A stretch of DNA of 53,065 nucleotides. Origin: Minisyncoccota bacterium (GTDB lineage: Bacteria; Patescibacteriota; Microgenomatia; UBA1400; PJMF01). Shown here in pieces: positions 1 through 9,460 of this stretch. The position numbers were made by a program, and so were the translations under genes. The notes beneath the pieces are model-generated. The model did no database searches, was not told where the DNA came from, and was given only the letters and a program-made list of their open reading frames with translations. The stretch's first letter is position 1. Each line of letters begins with the position of its first letter. The DNA lies in contig JAOUMD010000004.1 of NCBI GenBank assembly GCA_029881675.1, positions 1 to 53,065 of the forward strand, read 5' to 3'.

Positions 1-32
1 ACGAGATTAAGTAGTCTTTAATTAAGATAATT

Positions 33-60
33 AAGACCCTGGCTTTGGCTGGGGTTTTTT
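33..60 (+). terminator. Intrinsic terminator of a gene upstream of the window
   Basis: Hairpin AGACCCTGGC-TTTG-GCTGGGGTTT (with GU pairs) running into a T tract. Confidence 0.6.
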
Positions 61-116
61 GTTGGTGTATAATCACCACTTGGTTAAATTTAGGTGTACA
101 GCAGAGGAGAATTTTA

Positions 117-368
117 ATGCTGAGATATATCTGTATTTTTTTACTGAAGGTGTTTGGACAATATGACCAACTTTGGGAGCGAGCAATTGCTTGGGAAGTC
201 GGTCAGTTGGGATTTGTTCTAGAATCTGATAAACAAATTGCTGAGGAGAAGGGTATCGTTCCCTTAAATTCAATTGAACGCTGGTTATTATTACCAGCAA
301 TCAAAGAAGAACAGAGATACCTCAGGGATTGTTTGGATGAAGAAGATAGAATTGTCTTAGGTCAGTAA
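117..368 (+). CDS. Small hypothetical protein (83 aa, MLRYICIF...)
   Basis: TATAAT at 68-73, SD-like AGGAG about 8 nt before ATG117, and a terminator after the stop; the track start at TTG45 lies in the upstream terminator and is unlikely. Confidence 0.6.
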   Translation: MLRYICIFLLKVFGQYDQLWERAIAWEVGQLGFVLESDKQIAEEKGIVPLNSIERWLLLPAIKEEQRYLRDCLDEEDRIVLGQ

Positions 369-382
369 TTAACCAAATAATC

Positions 383-418
383 AAAGGGCACAAGGTTTAC
401 ACTTCCTTGTGCTTTTTT
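383..418 (+). terminator. Intrinsic terminator, possibly bidirectional with tRNA-Arg
   Basis: AAAGGGCACAAGG-N9-CCTTGTGCTTT followed by Ts. Confidence 0.7.
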
Positions 419-433
419 ATTGCTCTAAATATG

Positions 434-505
434 TGTCCCCACCTGGAATCGAACCAGGATCTAGCGCTTAGGAGGCACTTGTTCTATCCGTTGAACTATA
501 GGGAC
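434..505 (-). tRNA. tRNA-Arg(CCT)
   Basis: Reverse complement folds as a cloverleaf: GTCCCTA/TGGGGAC acceptor stem, AGTGC-CT-CCT-AA-GCGCT anticodon arm, GGTTCGATTCC T arm; CCA not encoded. Confidence 0.95.
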
Positions 506-566
506 TAAAATACCGCTTCACTTTCTCAGGGCAGGGTGAAGTAGGGTTACTGTTAAGATGTCCTGT

Positions 567-1907
567 TTATTTCAAATCTACTGCGTAGAAGTTTACCGGG
601 GTCTCTGGGCTAAACGAAGTTAGGATTAGTAACTTGCTTCCATCAGGCCAGGGGTAGATGAAATTATCAGTAAATGGCCCAGAATAGACCGTTGTATCAT
701 TTGTATTATCATAAGTCTTTATATTGATTTTGTCATCACTAGCTACCACAATGTGTTTAGAATCAGGCATCCATTGGTATGTATTTGAAATGAGTGATGT
801 GTAATATGTGCCATAGTTATCTGCTGTTTGAGCAGAGGTTGTCGCTTGAAGATTTACAAAAGCACTAGGGGATGATTCAAGATTCATAGGAGACTTGTTG
901 TATAAATCATTTGCTAGAAGAAGTTTGGTATTTCCAGATTCAGTTGCTTCTTCTCCGACATAGAAGTTTTTATCTTCTTCTCGGTCATAGATATATATTT
1001 TGTTTGCCTCAATATTTCTTGATTCTGGCTGTGTATTTGTTGCCAAGACAGGAGGGATTAGACCTTCTGGAATTGTAAGTGACTCATCCGCTGTATAAAT
1101 AAGTCTTTCTTTGTCTGGTGAGAGATAGACATTGTGAGCTGATTGTGTGGCAATTTGAATGATCTCATCAGGGAATTTACTAAGGAATTGTCTCTCTCTA
1201 AGATAGATTTCTTCTTCCCATGCAGAAAGAATTTGTTTCTTTTTAAAACTGACATCAGTAAGAAGTCTAAGATTATTCTTTTTATTAGATTCAAGTAACA
1301 TCTCTTTGTTCTCTGTGATGAGCATGATCTCACTACTATCAGGTGACCAAATAAACTTTGCGTTTTCTAAGTCTAATAATGCTGAATCCTCTGCAATTTG
1401 AGTAGCATCTCTTTGGAAAAGAACCAGAGAATTGGAGAGGTCTAAAACATACAGTCCATTTTTTGCTGGTATAGTCGCAGAGTTTGTATAAAAGAGGAGC
1501 TTACTTCCATCTGGAGAAGGAGATACATTGCTTACCCCACTAAAAGTCAGAGGAGTAAGTTTTGGAACAATAGGGAAGAGTTGCGCGTTAGTTTGTGTAA
1601 CAAGAGCGCCTTCTACTTGAAGGTTTTTCTCCCATGTATGGTAACCTTCTTTTTGAATTTTAACTTGGTAGTCACCTGGCTTAAGGTAAAGAGTGTCATC
1701 TGTAGCAGAGACTAATCTGTCATTTATATATACTTGAGCTCCAGTAGGGAAAGAGTTGGCACTAAGTAGACCAGTTTCTTTTGAGAGACCTTCATTGGTA
1801 AAGTGATATTTACCTTGGGCATATTGAATTGCTAGTATAGTTCCAGCAAAGATTGCGATGGCAGAAAAGAGGGTATAGACCACTCTGGGATTGAATTTAA
1901 ACTTCAT
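567..1907 (-). CDS. Membrane-anchored PEGA-domain protein with TolB/WD40-like beta-propeller repeats
   Basis: N-terminal TM; PEGA motif SFPTGAQVYIND...LKPGDYQVKIQKEGY; repeats SPDGS, WSPDS, WMPDS, WPDGS; start moved to ATG1907, 6 nt after TATAAT, which removes the overlap with mreB. Confidence 0.8.
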   Translation of the reverse strand: MKFKFNPRVVYTLFSAIAIFAGTILAIQYAQGKYHFTNEGLSKETGLLSANSFPTGAQVYINDRLVSATDDTLYLKPGDYQVKIQKEGYHTWEKNLQVEGALVTQTNAQLFPIVPKLTPLTFSGVSNVSPSPDGSKLLFYTNSATIPAKNGLYVLDLSNSLVLFQRDATQIAEDSALLDLENAKFIWSPDSSEIMLITENKEMLLESNKKNNLRLLTDVSFKKKQILSAWEEEIYLRERQFLSKFPDEIIQIATQSAHNVYLSPDKERLIYTADESLTIPEGLIPPVLATNTQPESRNIEANKIYIYDREEDKNFYVGEEATESGNTKLLLANDLYNKSPMNLESSPSAFVNLQATTSAQTADNYGTYYTSLISNTYQWMPDSKHIVVASDDKINIKTYDNTNDTTVYSGPFTDNFIYPWPDGSKLLILTSFSPETPVNFYAVDLK

Positions 1908-1947
1908 GTAGCTATTATATACTAAATCAAAGTTAAAAAAACCTTTT

Positions 1948-2970
1948 ATGAGTTTAAAATTATTATCAAAGTTAGATAAGCTAATTGGCATAGATCTTGG
2001 TACTAGCCGAGTCAGGGTTTGGTCCAAAGGTCAGGATATTGTTATTGATGAACCCCCATGCATTGCAACCGATATGAATTCCGGTCAAGTATTAGCGGTT
2101 GGATCTGAGGCTGCAGAGATGGAAGGTCGAGTTGGATCTGATATAAAAGTCAGCTGGTTTATTGTGGATGGCCAAATTAGTAATGCCAGATTAGCCAAGG
2201 CATATTTTAAATTATTATTTAAGAAGAATTTTGGTGAGTTCATTTTGATAAAGCCGGTGGTAATGATTAGTATTCCAACAAATTTACCTCAAACAAAAAA
2301 GGATTTATTTTCAGAGATTTTCTATGATCTAGGGATGAGTGAGGTTTATACAATTAGTCAGAGTTTAGCTGCAGCAATTGGAGCAGGGGTGCCGGTCGCT
2401 GATGCATCTGGATGTTTTATCCTACAGATGGGAGCTGGAATTGTAGAAGGAGCAGTTATCTCAATGGGTAGAGTAGTAGTTACTGATTTTTCATATAATG
2501 CGGGAAACTTTCTTTCAGAAAAAATTGCCTGGGAGGTAAAGAAGGAGACCTTGATTGAACTTCCAGATCATGAGGTAGAACAGGTAAAAAAATTTGTTCA
2601 TTTAGGTTTAAAAGAAAAGAAAAAGATTAAAGTTTCCGGTCAAGATTTAAAGAAGAGAGTTCCAAAAGAGATTAATGTTGAGAATGAAACAATTCTCCCT
2701 GTAGTTGAGAAAGTCGTAGAAAAATATGTTGAATTGCTTAATAATATTTTATCAAAAATACCACCTGAATTAACAACTGATGTAATTGATAAGGGACTTC
2801 TCTTATCTGGGGAGTACTCAAATTTAAAAGGATTGGAAGAATATTTAATCAAAGAGCTAAAGATTTCAGTTTCTTTGGTGGATGATCAAGAAAAGTCAGT
2901 TATCAAGGGTATTAGTTTTGTTTTAGAAAATTTGCATTTATATAAGGAAAGCTTAGGTTATGCCAGTTAA
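1948..2970 (+). CDS. mreB: MreB/Mbl-family actin-like protein (stand-alone, degenerate motifs)
   Basis: IGIDLGT phosphate-1, LAAAIGAG connect-1, IPPELTTDVIDKGLLLSG. Confidence 0.85.
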   Translation: MSLKLLSKLDKLIGIDLGTSRVRVWSKGQDIVIDEPPCIATDMNSGQVLAVGSEAAEMEGRVGSDIKVSWFIVDGQISNARLAKAYFKLLFKKNFGEFILIKPVVMISIPTNLPQTKKDLFSEIFYDLGMSEVYTISQSLAAAIGAGVPVADASGCFILQMGAGIVEGAVISMGRVVVTDFSYNAGNFLSEKIAWEVKKETLIELPDHEVEQVKKFVHLGLKEKKKIKVSGQDLKKRVPKEINVENETILPVVEKVVEKYVELLNNILSKIPPELTTDVIDKGLLLSGEYSNLKGLEEYLIKELKISVSLVDDQEKSVIKGISFVLENLHLYKESLGYAS

Positions 2971-3715
2971 ATTAGTATCGATTAATATTGAAGGAACAAA
3001 GCATCTTGAAGAAAAAGTATTACCTTTCTTAAAAAAACAAAATGCCGATGTTATTACTCTTCAAGAAGTTTTTGAAGATGATGTGGAAAGAATTAAACAA
3101 GTCTCAGGAATGGAGGGGTTCTTTTCTCCAATGGCTCATATTGCTCAGGAAAACACACCTATCCCAGAAAATAATGATGTCTGGGGAGTATTAGTACTTT
3201 CTAAATTACCAATTATTAGCTCAGGTTCTTATACCTACTATAAATATCAAGGAAAAGATGAGCTACCAGTTTTTTTCTCAACCAAGAATGTTAAGAAAAT
3301 GAATAGAGTATTAAGCTGGATTACTATTCTTTCTGATAAAGAAGAGTTGACCTTTGCTACAACTCACTTTACTTGGTCTGCAAAGGGAGAAACCACTCCA
3401 CTGCAAGAAGAAGCTTATCAAAACTTAGAAAGCATATTAGATAGATTGCCAATCTCGGTACTTACGGGAGATTTTAATGCTCCAAGAGGTAAAAAGATTT
3501 TTTCAAAGTTATCTGAAAGATTTAAGGATAATATTCCACAAGATATAGTGACAACAATAGACAATAACATCCACAAGGCACCAGATGAGATTAATCTTGT
3601 GGTTGATGGGTTATTTACTGCCAAAGGAATTAAGGTTTTAAATGCCCAGGTTGTCCCTGGTGTGAGTGATCACATGGCCATAGTGGGAATGATAGAAGTA
3701 GAAAATGTTTCTTAA
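2960..3715 (+). CDS. Endonuclease/exonuclease/phosphatase (EEP) family protein
   Basis: SINI, LQEV, TTHF, GDFN and C-terminal SDH motifs; overlaps the mreB stop. Confidence 0.85.
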   Translation: MPVKLVSINIEGTKHLEEKVLPFLKKQNADVITLQEVFEDDVERIKQVSGMEGFFSPMAHIAQENTPIPENNDVWGVLVLSKLPIISSGSYTYYKYQGKDELPVFFSTKNVKKMNRVLSWITILSDKEELTFATTHFTWSAKGETTPLQEEAYQNLESILDRLPISVLTGDFNAPRGKKIFSKLSERFKDNIPQDIVTTIDNNIHKAPDEINLVVDGLFTAKGIKVLNAQVVPGVSDHMAIVGMIEVENVS

Positions 3716-5095
3716 CTAAAGACTTTGGGCTAATTCTCTAAATTGATTGCCACGATCTTCGTAATTTTTAAACATATTGAAACTGGCACTGGCTGGGCTC
3801 ATCAGGACAATATCTCCAACTTGAGCTTGTTCTTTGCTAATGGTGACAGCTTCAGACATGTCATGAGCAGTCTTATTATTATTTACCAAAGGATGATTGC
3901 TATCTAACTTCTTGACTGAATTTAGAATCTTTTCTCCAGTGGTGGGGAAGAGAACTAGGTATTTGACGTTATGGTCAATGATTATTTGAGCTAATTTATC
4001 AAAGTTAGCTCCCTTTTCTGATCCACCAGTGATAAGAATAATAGGTTTGTTTTCAAATGCTTTGAGAGCGGCAATTGTAGCCTCAGGAGCACTTGCTGCA
4101 CTATCATTGTAGAATTTAACTTCATCTACTGTTTTGACCAGTTCAATGCGGTGAGGGACGCTTTTAAAGCTTGCAACTCCCTTACTAATTTCATCATCTG
4201 AGATATCTAAGATACGAGCAACTATTACAGCAGGAATTGTGTTGTATAAATTATGGACTCCAACTAGAGAAGAAGGGCTTTTTTTGATCAACTTAATTAT
4301 TTCTTGGCTTTCTTGATCGCTGTCTTTGAGTGAGAAGGGAAGGTGTTCTCCTTGGCTGAGCTTTGCCATTTTTGTGGCAGTATCTGAGTCTGAGTTGTAG
4401 ATAACGATGCTTGACTCAAGCTGAAATTTACAGATAGCAGTTTTTGCCTCAAAATATGTTTCAAAATTTGGGTAAAAATCAAGGTGATCCGAGGAAATAT
4501 CTTGAATAATTGCAATCTGAGGACTGGTAGTTAGCTCTGCTAACTGATGGCAAGACATCTCAAGAACATAAGTTCGTTCATTGGGTTGATCATTATTTTC
4601 TAAAAGTCTGAGCGGTGGTACACCGATATTACCTCCAAGAGCAACATCTACTTGGGCATGCTTTAGTACATGAAAAATTTGAGAAGTAGTAGTGCTTTTT
4701 CCTTTAGTACCAGTAATACCAATAGTGATGGGCTGATTTTCTAGTGACTCAATCAAATCAAAAAATAGTTGAGTATTGGATTGTAGTTTCTCTGGTGGAA
4801 CGTCTAGCTGATATTTTTCTTTTAGAACTATTTCTGAGATACCTGGAGTTTTAAAAACAAAGTCAAAAGCACTATCTTGTACTTTATTTGTCTCAATTTT
4901 TTTTACATTCTTATTATGTTCTAGTAGAGAAGACCAAGTGGGATCAAGTTCTTTAAGAGGTTTAGTATCTGTGACAAGAAGATTTATCTCTTTAAGATGG
5001 GAAAGCAAAAATTCAGCTGTGCTGAGTCCTTCTCTAGCCATTCCTAAAATAAGGATAGTTTTATTATTTAGTTTGGAAAGCTCTTTGGTGAACAT
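3716..5095 (-). CDS. murD: UDP-MurNAc-L-Ala:Glu ligase, probably the L-Glu-adding MurD2 type because it is coupled to murL
   Basis: GMAREG, KTPGI, GITGTKGKSTT P-loop, GGNIG, DHLD, YNDS, SPASASFNMFKNYEDRG. Confidence 0.93.
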   Translation of the reverse strand: MFTKELSKLNNKTILILGMAREGLSTAEFLLSHLKEINLLVTDTKPLKELDPTWSSLLEHNKNVKKIETNKVQDSAFDFVFKTPGISEIVLKEKYQLDVPPEKLQSNTQLFFDLIESLENQPITIGITGTKGKSTTTSQIFHVLKHAQVDVALGGNIGVPPLRLLENNDQPNERTYVLEMSCHQLAELTTSPQIAIIQDISSDHLDFYPNFETYFEAKTAICKFQLESSIVIYNSDSDTATKMAKLSQGEHLPFSLKDSDQESQEIIKLIKKSPSSLVGVHNLYNTIPAVIVARILDISDDEISKGVASFKSVPHRIELVKTVDEVKFYNDSAASAPEATIAALKAFENKPIILITGGSEKGANFDKLAQIIIDHNVKYLVLFPTTGEKILNSVKKLDSNHPLVNNNKTAHDMSEAVTISKEQAQVGDIVLMSPASASFNMFKNYEDRGNQFRELAQSL

Positions 5096-6470
5096 ATTTT
5101 ATAATTCTATCAAATTCTGTTGGTAGTGAATTTTTATCATTCCAACTCTCTAATATTACCTTACTACGTTTTTCCAAATTTGTTTCATTCGGAAGTATTT
5201 CTTTTTCAAATAATTTTGTTATCTTGCTTAACTCTTTGATATCTTTAGACTCTTTTTGATGACACAAATGCATGGCGACAAGACTCTCCTCATGAGTACC
5301 TACGCAGTCGAGGGGTTTTTGATGAGAATAGCCAAGTAGCTCTTTGGTTGTGTCCCACAATGATATATTGTTTAATAGATTGACGCCAAAAATATTAGTC
5401 ATTTTTTCTTCATCGAGGAATGGGTAGAGGATAATATATGCAAAGAGGCATTTTGAACAATTACAGCACCAGCTATTCTTAGTTTGATTCTTATTACAGC
5501 TCTTAAAGATTGGGAAATAGGCATTTTCTTTGGAAAATAACTTTGCGATTTGTAATTCATAAAGAGGTCTGAGTAAAGAGAAGTAAAATGGTGAAGGCTT
5601 TGGGAGGAATTTTTCTACATATTTTTGAAAGTTTTCCTCGAGTTCAAAGCTTTTTGAGTACTGATGGTTTACAGGGTGATCTTTATAAATGACACTCTCT
5701 TCATTGGAGCTTCTTTCATTGGATATAGAGATGTATTTTAGATTAAATAACCGAGCAACAAATAGACTCAGAAAGGCCAAATATGATGAAAATGGAGTAT
5801 GTCCATTAAGGTATCCTGCCTTATTTAGTTCAATTAATTTAGGGTCTATTACTCGAGTAGCGGTGATAAAAGGGAGACTTGGGTTTAGCTTTACAGTCTC
5901 TTTTACAGCTTCAATAGGGTTAAGGGCAAACAGTGAAATAGGTTCTTTATATTCTTTTTTTAGTACCTCGAGGGTGACCAGAGAGTCTTTGCCACCTCCT
6001 AGAGGAACTAGGACTCCATTAAGTTGTACTTCTTTAGGATTAGATCTTGAGAGGGAAGGGGAAGTTTCTTGAGAAGAGCTAGTAAATTTTACAAAGTCTG
6101 TCTTTGTAAAGTCGATTTGGTTTACATAAAAGTATTCACCCATTCCCTTGAGGAGAAGGTCTTGCCAGAAATTTAGCTGATCTGGTGATAGATCTTCAGC
6201 TTCAATTTCTATCTCTTGAGGGGCTGCGGCTTTCCAATAACTATAAATTTCAGCCATCCCAATATGAAATGCATAATTATTTATCTCACTACTTGAGAGA
6301 GTATCAATTTGTTCTTGGTTAATACCATGGATCGTTACTGTAGGATAAAAGTGAATGTCAGGGGAGAGGACGAAGTGAGTGGTGATGGTTAAATCGGATC
6401 CACTCAATTTATAGTCAACATTTTTGTAAGTTAGTTTTTGGTGCTTTTTTCTTAGTTCATCAATCTTCAT
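5064..6470 (-). CDS. murL: UDP-MurNAc-L-Ala-L-Glu epimerase (MurL family)
   Basis: GGGKDS PP-loop, LNGHTPFS, SNERSS, VNHQYSKS, WCCNCSKC, KPLDCVG; overlaps the murD start by 32 nt. Confidence 0.85.
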   Translation of the reverse strand: MKIDELRKKHQKLTYKNVDYKLSGSDLTITTHFVLSPDIHFYPTVTIHGINQEQIDTLSSSEINNYAFHIGMAEIYSYWKAAAPQEIEIEAEDLSPDQLNFWQDLLLKGMGEYFYVNQIDFTKTDFVKFTSSSQETSPSLSRSNPKEVQLNGVLVPLGGGKDSLVTLEVLKKEYKEPISLFALNPIEAVKETVKLNPSLPFITATRVIDPKLIELNKAGYLNGHTPFSSYLAFLSLFVARLFNLKYISISNERSSNEESVIYKDHPVNHQYSKSFELEENFQKYVEKFLPKPSPFYFSLLRPLYELQIAKLFSKENAYFPIFKSCNKNQTKNSWCCNCSKCLFAYIILYPFLDEEKMTNIFGVNLLNNISLWDTTKELLGYSHQKPLDCVGTHEESLVAMHLCHQKESKDIKELSKITKLFEKEILPNETNLEKRSKVILESWNDKNSLPTEFDRIIKYVHQRAFQTK

Positions 6471-6817
6471 ATGCTTATTATAGACAAATTATTTAATGAT
6501 TGTCGCTTTTAAAGAGGGAATTGAGTTTATTTACTGCTTTACTCAAGACAAAAGGTACTCTAGATTATTAAAAAAGAAGAAATGACCATATTCTTTATTA
6601 TTTTTGCAATGAAATTGTTCGCCTTATTTTCGCTTTTTTTTGAACAAAAAATGCAAAACCGAAGTAAAGCCGAAGTATTTTTTGCAAATTTTGATGAAAA
6701 AATGTTTTGGGTGTGTATGTTAACTAAAATTAGCAATTTTTATCCAAAAAGTGTAAGATTAAGTAAATACGCTTGGGGTGAGCTTCGCCTAAGGCTCATA
6801 AATAATATATAAGACAA

Positions 6818-7594
6818 ATGACAATAAAGACTGATAACTCCTTTCATTTTCGAGGCAAAGATGTTTTTGGCAAAGGTCATGACCAATTGCTAAAAAATCT
6901 CAAAAAGTCACTTTCCAGAGAAAAATCTCAAAATAGACCATTTTTGGTTTTTACACCAAATCCCGAACAGATAATGCTTGCCGAGTCTGACTCAAGTTTT
7001 AATCAAGTCCTTCAACGAGCAGATATCTTAGTTCCAGATGGAGTAGGACTAGTGATAGCTTCAAAAATCCTTAGCACAAAAGATAATCCAAAGATCAAAG
7101 AAAGAATTCCAGGAAGACTGTTGGTTGAAGATATTATTAAAATTGCAAAAGAGGATAACCTTAAAGTTTTGCTCATCGGTGGGAAAGATTATTCTCAAAC
7201 AGGAATGATTAAGGTAAATGGGGTAGACATTGATTGGACTAATGGTTACTTGGATGCTTTCAATCCAACAGAGGGTGAAGAGGTCGCATTACAAAAAAGA
7301 ATCCAGCAAGTAAGTCCTGATATTATCTTTGTGGCTTTTGGTGCACCAATGCAAGAGAAATGGTTGGTGCAGCATAAAGAATTTTTGAATAAGACAAATG
7401 TGAAGTTGGGGATGGCAGTAGGAGGAAGCTTTGACTACTTACTAGGTTTTGTCCCGAGTCCACCTTCCTGGGTCAGTAAAATGGGCTTTGAATGGTTATT
7501 CCGATTAGTTGTACAGCCATGGAGATTTAAAAGACAACTTAAATTGATTAGTTTTATGATGCTTGTCTTTGAAGAGAAGTGGCAAATGATGTAA
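6818..7594 (+). CDS. WecB/TagA/CpsF family glycosyltransferase (GT26)
   Basis: TPNPE, VPDGVG, ERIPG, VAFGAPMQEKW, VGGSFD, GFEWLFRLVVQPWR. Confidence 0.92.
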   Translation: MTIKTDNSFHFRGKDVFGKGHDQLLKNLKKSLSREKSQNRPFLVFTPNPEQIMLAESDSSFNQVLQRADILVPDGVGLVIASKILSTKDNPKIKERIPGRLLVEDIIKIAKEDNLKVLLIGGKDYSQTGMIKVNGVDIDWTNGYLDAFNPTEGEEVALQKRIQQVSPDIIFVAFGAPMQEKWLVQHKEFLNKTNVKLGMAVGGSFDYLLGFVPSPPSWVSKMGFEWLFRLVVQPWRFKRQLKLISFMMLVFEEKWQMM

Positions 7595-7600
7595 AACTAA

Positions 7601-7627
7601 AAATGACAAGCATATAGCTTGTCATTT
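7601..7627. terminator. Bidirectional terminator between convergent genes
   Basis: Perfect inverted repeat AAATGACAAGC-ATATA-GCTTGTCATTT. Confidence 0.7.
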
Positions 7628-7648
7628 CATATATTTTTTATTTAGCGA

Positions 7649-7909
7649 CTATTCTAATTCTGTTTCTGGAGTCATACCGAGTAACCAAAGGACAGCTTCT
7701 TTCTTATATCTTCTGTCACCTCGAGAGTTAATCCTAATAGCAGGAAGTTTACCTCTTTTACCCCATCTTTTGATAGTTAGGGGAGAGACTCTGAGTAAAT
7801 CAGCGACCTCTCTGACTGTTAATAGATCTGGCAAGTTCTTGATATCTAACTTGCTAGCATCATCAACTCGTCCGGTTTTCTTGTCTTCGCTGGCGTTAAT
7901 GTCTGTCAT
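7649..7909 (-). CDS. Excisionase/BldC-like (HTH_17) small DNA-binding protein
   Basis: LLTVREVADLLRVSPLTIKRW...GKLPAIR..RGDRRY. Confidence 0.85.
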   Translation of the reverse strand: MTDINASEDKKTGRVDDASKLDIKNLPDLLTVREVADLLRVSPLTIKRWGKRGKLPAIRINSRGDRRYKKEAVLWLLGMTPETELE

Positions 7910-8163
7910 GAGATTTTAATTTCCCTAAGTAAATTAATAATATATCTGGTAAGAAAATAGAACAAACTTGTTTCTATCTATTCTTAAAGTAGCAGAGTAT
8001 GTGTAACTGGGTCAAGGAGTAGTTTTAGTCGAGAGATCGGTGTTTAATTAAGGATAAAATGTTTTGCACGAGAGCGTCTGATAATATTTTTAAGCAAGTC
8101 CTATATTATTTTGATGTTCATAACTTGTGGAATACTTCTCAAGAAGAGTCAATTGTTTGTAAT

Positions 8164-8190
8164 AAAAAACCACCCGTTTCCAGGTGGTTT
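8164..8190 (-). terminator. rplJL terminator
   Basis: AAACCACC-N8-GGTGGTTT followed by a T run on the minus strand. Confidence 0.75.
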
Positions 8191-8220
8191 CTTATTTCTT
8201 TTAAAGAATTAAATAATAAA

Positions 8221-8613
8221 TTATTTAAGTTCAACTGTACAACCAGCTTCTTCGAGGTCTTTCTTAGCAGCATTTGCAGCTTCTTTTTCAGCACCTTCAA
8301 GAACAGTTTTAGGAGCAGCTTCAACAAAAGCTTTAGCTTCACCTAAACCTAATTCTGGTTTGAGTTTTCTAACAGCTTTAATAGCTGCGATCTTGTTAGT
8401 TCCGCCTTCTTTTAAGATGACGTCGAATTCAGATTGTTCTTCTACAGCAGCAGCTTCGCCTGCAGGAGCAGCCATAGCAACTGGAGCAGCAGCGCTTACA
8501 CCAAATTCATCTTCTAATGCTTTGACTAAGTCAGCAACTTCCATTAAAGAAAGTTTCTTGATCTCGTCAACGAGTTTTTGCAGGTTATCTGCGAGTTTTT
8601 TGTCTTCAGACAT
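8221..8613 (-). CDS. rplL: 50S ribosomal protein bL12 (L7/L12)
   Basis: [14 protein letters not shown] hinge, [22 protein letters not shown]. Confidence 0.98.
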   Translation of the reverse strand: MSEDKKLADNLQKLVDEIKKLSLMEVADLVKALEDEFGVSAAAPVAMAAPAGEAAAVEEQSEFDVILKEGGTNKIAAIKAVRKLKPELGLGEAKAFVEAAPKTVLEGAEKEAANAAKKDLEEAGCTVELK

Positions 8614-8638
8614 ATTTTTATCCTTTCAGATTTTATAA

Positions 8639-9142
8639 TTATTTTTTATCACTAATAGCTTGTAATGCATAAACAAGGCTTCTTGGGACTGCACTAAGAA
8701 CGTTAGCCATTCCGTAAGCAGGACCTTGAATTCTTGAGATAAGAATAGAGATAAGTTGATCTTTGCTTGGAAGTTTGCTTAGAGCTTCAACTTCTGCAAC
8801 AGAGAGGACCTTATCATCCATAACTCCTTGTTTAATTTCGAGTCTATCGTTGTCCTTATGGAAAGCGAATAGAGCTTTAACAGCAGCGACAGCATCATTA
8901 TTTGAGAAAACTAAAGCACTCATACCCTTGAGGGAATCAGAAACTTTACCTTTACCAATAGCAATGTCCATCAAGGTGTTTTTTGTGACTAAGATTTCTC
9001 CGCCAGCTTCTTTGATAGAAGTACGAAGTTTTACTTGGTCACTACCAGATGTACCTGAGTAGTCGATAACGACAGCAGACTTAGCATTTTTTAGCTTGTC
9101 TTGAATCAGGGCCACTTGGGCTTGATTGTGTGTATTTGGCAT
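8639..9142 (-). CDS. rplJ: 50S ribosomal protein uL10
   Basis: VTKNTL and [10 protein letters not shown] motifs; directly upstream of rplL; likely start ATG9142 (MPNTHN). Confidence 0.95.
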   Translation of the reverse strand: MPNTHNQAQVALIQDKLKNAKSAVVIDYSGTSGSDQVKLRTSIKEAGGEILVTKNTLMDIAIGKGKVSDSLKGMSALVFSNNDAVAAVKALFAFHKDNDRLEIKQGVMDDKVLSVAEVEALSKLPSKDQLISILISRIQGPAYGMANVLSAVPRSLVYALQAISDKK

Positions 9143-9179
9143 GACTTTTACTTTTTTATAATTAATTAACAAAATAAAT

Positions 9180-9290
9180 TTGTCTTAAAAAGTGTGTGTA
9201 AGTACTGAGGAAAAGGGTAAACGTAGAGAAATCTAGTTTATGAAGTAATCCTCGGCGCGACTTACTTTGCACGCTGTCTTAAGACAAGTG
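9180..9290 (-). promoter_or_regulatory. L10 leader (autogenous control RNA of rplJL)
   Basis: Minus strand AAGACAGCG...CGCGCCGAGG resembles the L10-leader core; enclosing helix TTGTCTTAA/TTAAGACAA; promoter TGTTATAAT at about 9293-9301. Confidence 0.7.
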
Positions 9291-9460
9291 AAATTATAAC
9301 ATAATGTTTTAGAAAGGGTAGTAGAGGGAATTTGGGTGGATGATAGGGAGGTTAAAGATTTATTGGTTATCATAACTTAACCCTATAACTATGATATAAT
9401 TTCAGACTGTTCTTTAAGTTTTAATCCATAAGTTGAGCAAAGCTCAAAGGAGGTACAACC

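Noticed and set aside
6582-6812. 76-aa ORF upstream of the TagA-like gene
   Set aside because: Phe/Lys-rich translation of A/T tracts with no convincing start signals
7649-7909. Excisionase as evidence of a prophage or integrative element
   Set aside because: No integrase, phage genes or att repeats nearby; more likely a stand-alone regulator
8115-8134. Two DnaA-box-like 9-mers (minus strand TATTCCACA, TTATGAACA) as oriC
   Set aside because: Only 7/9 matches, too few boxes, and no dnaA/dnaN in the window
9293-9308. TTATGTTA on the minus strand as a dif/XerD half-site
   Set aside because: No XerC arm; better explained as the extended -10 promoter of rplJL
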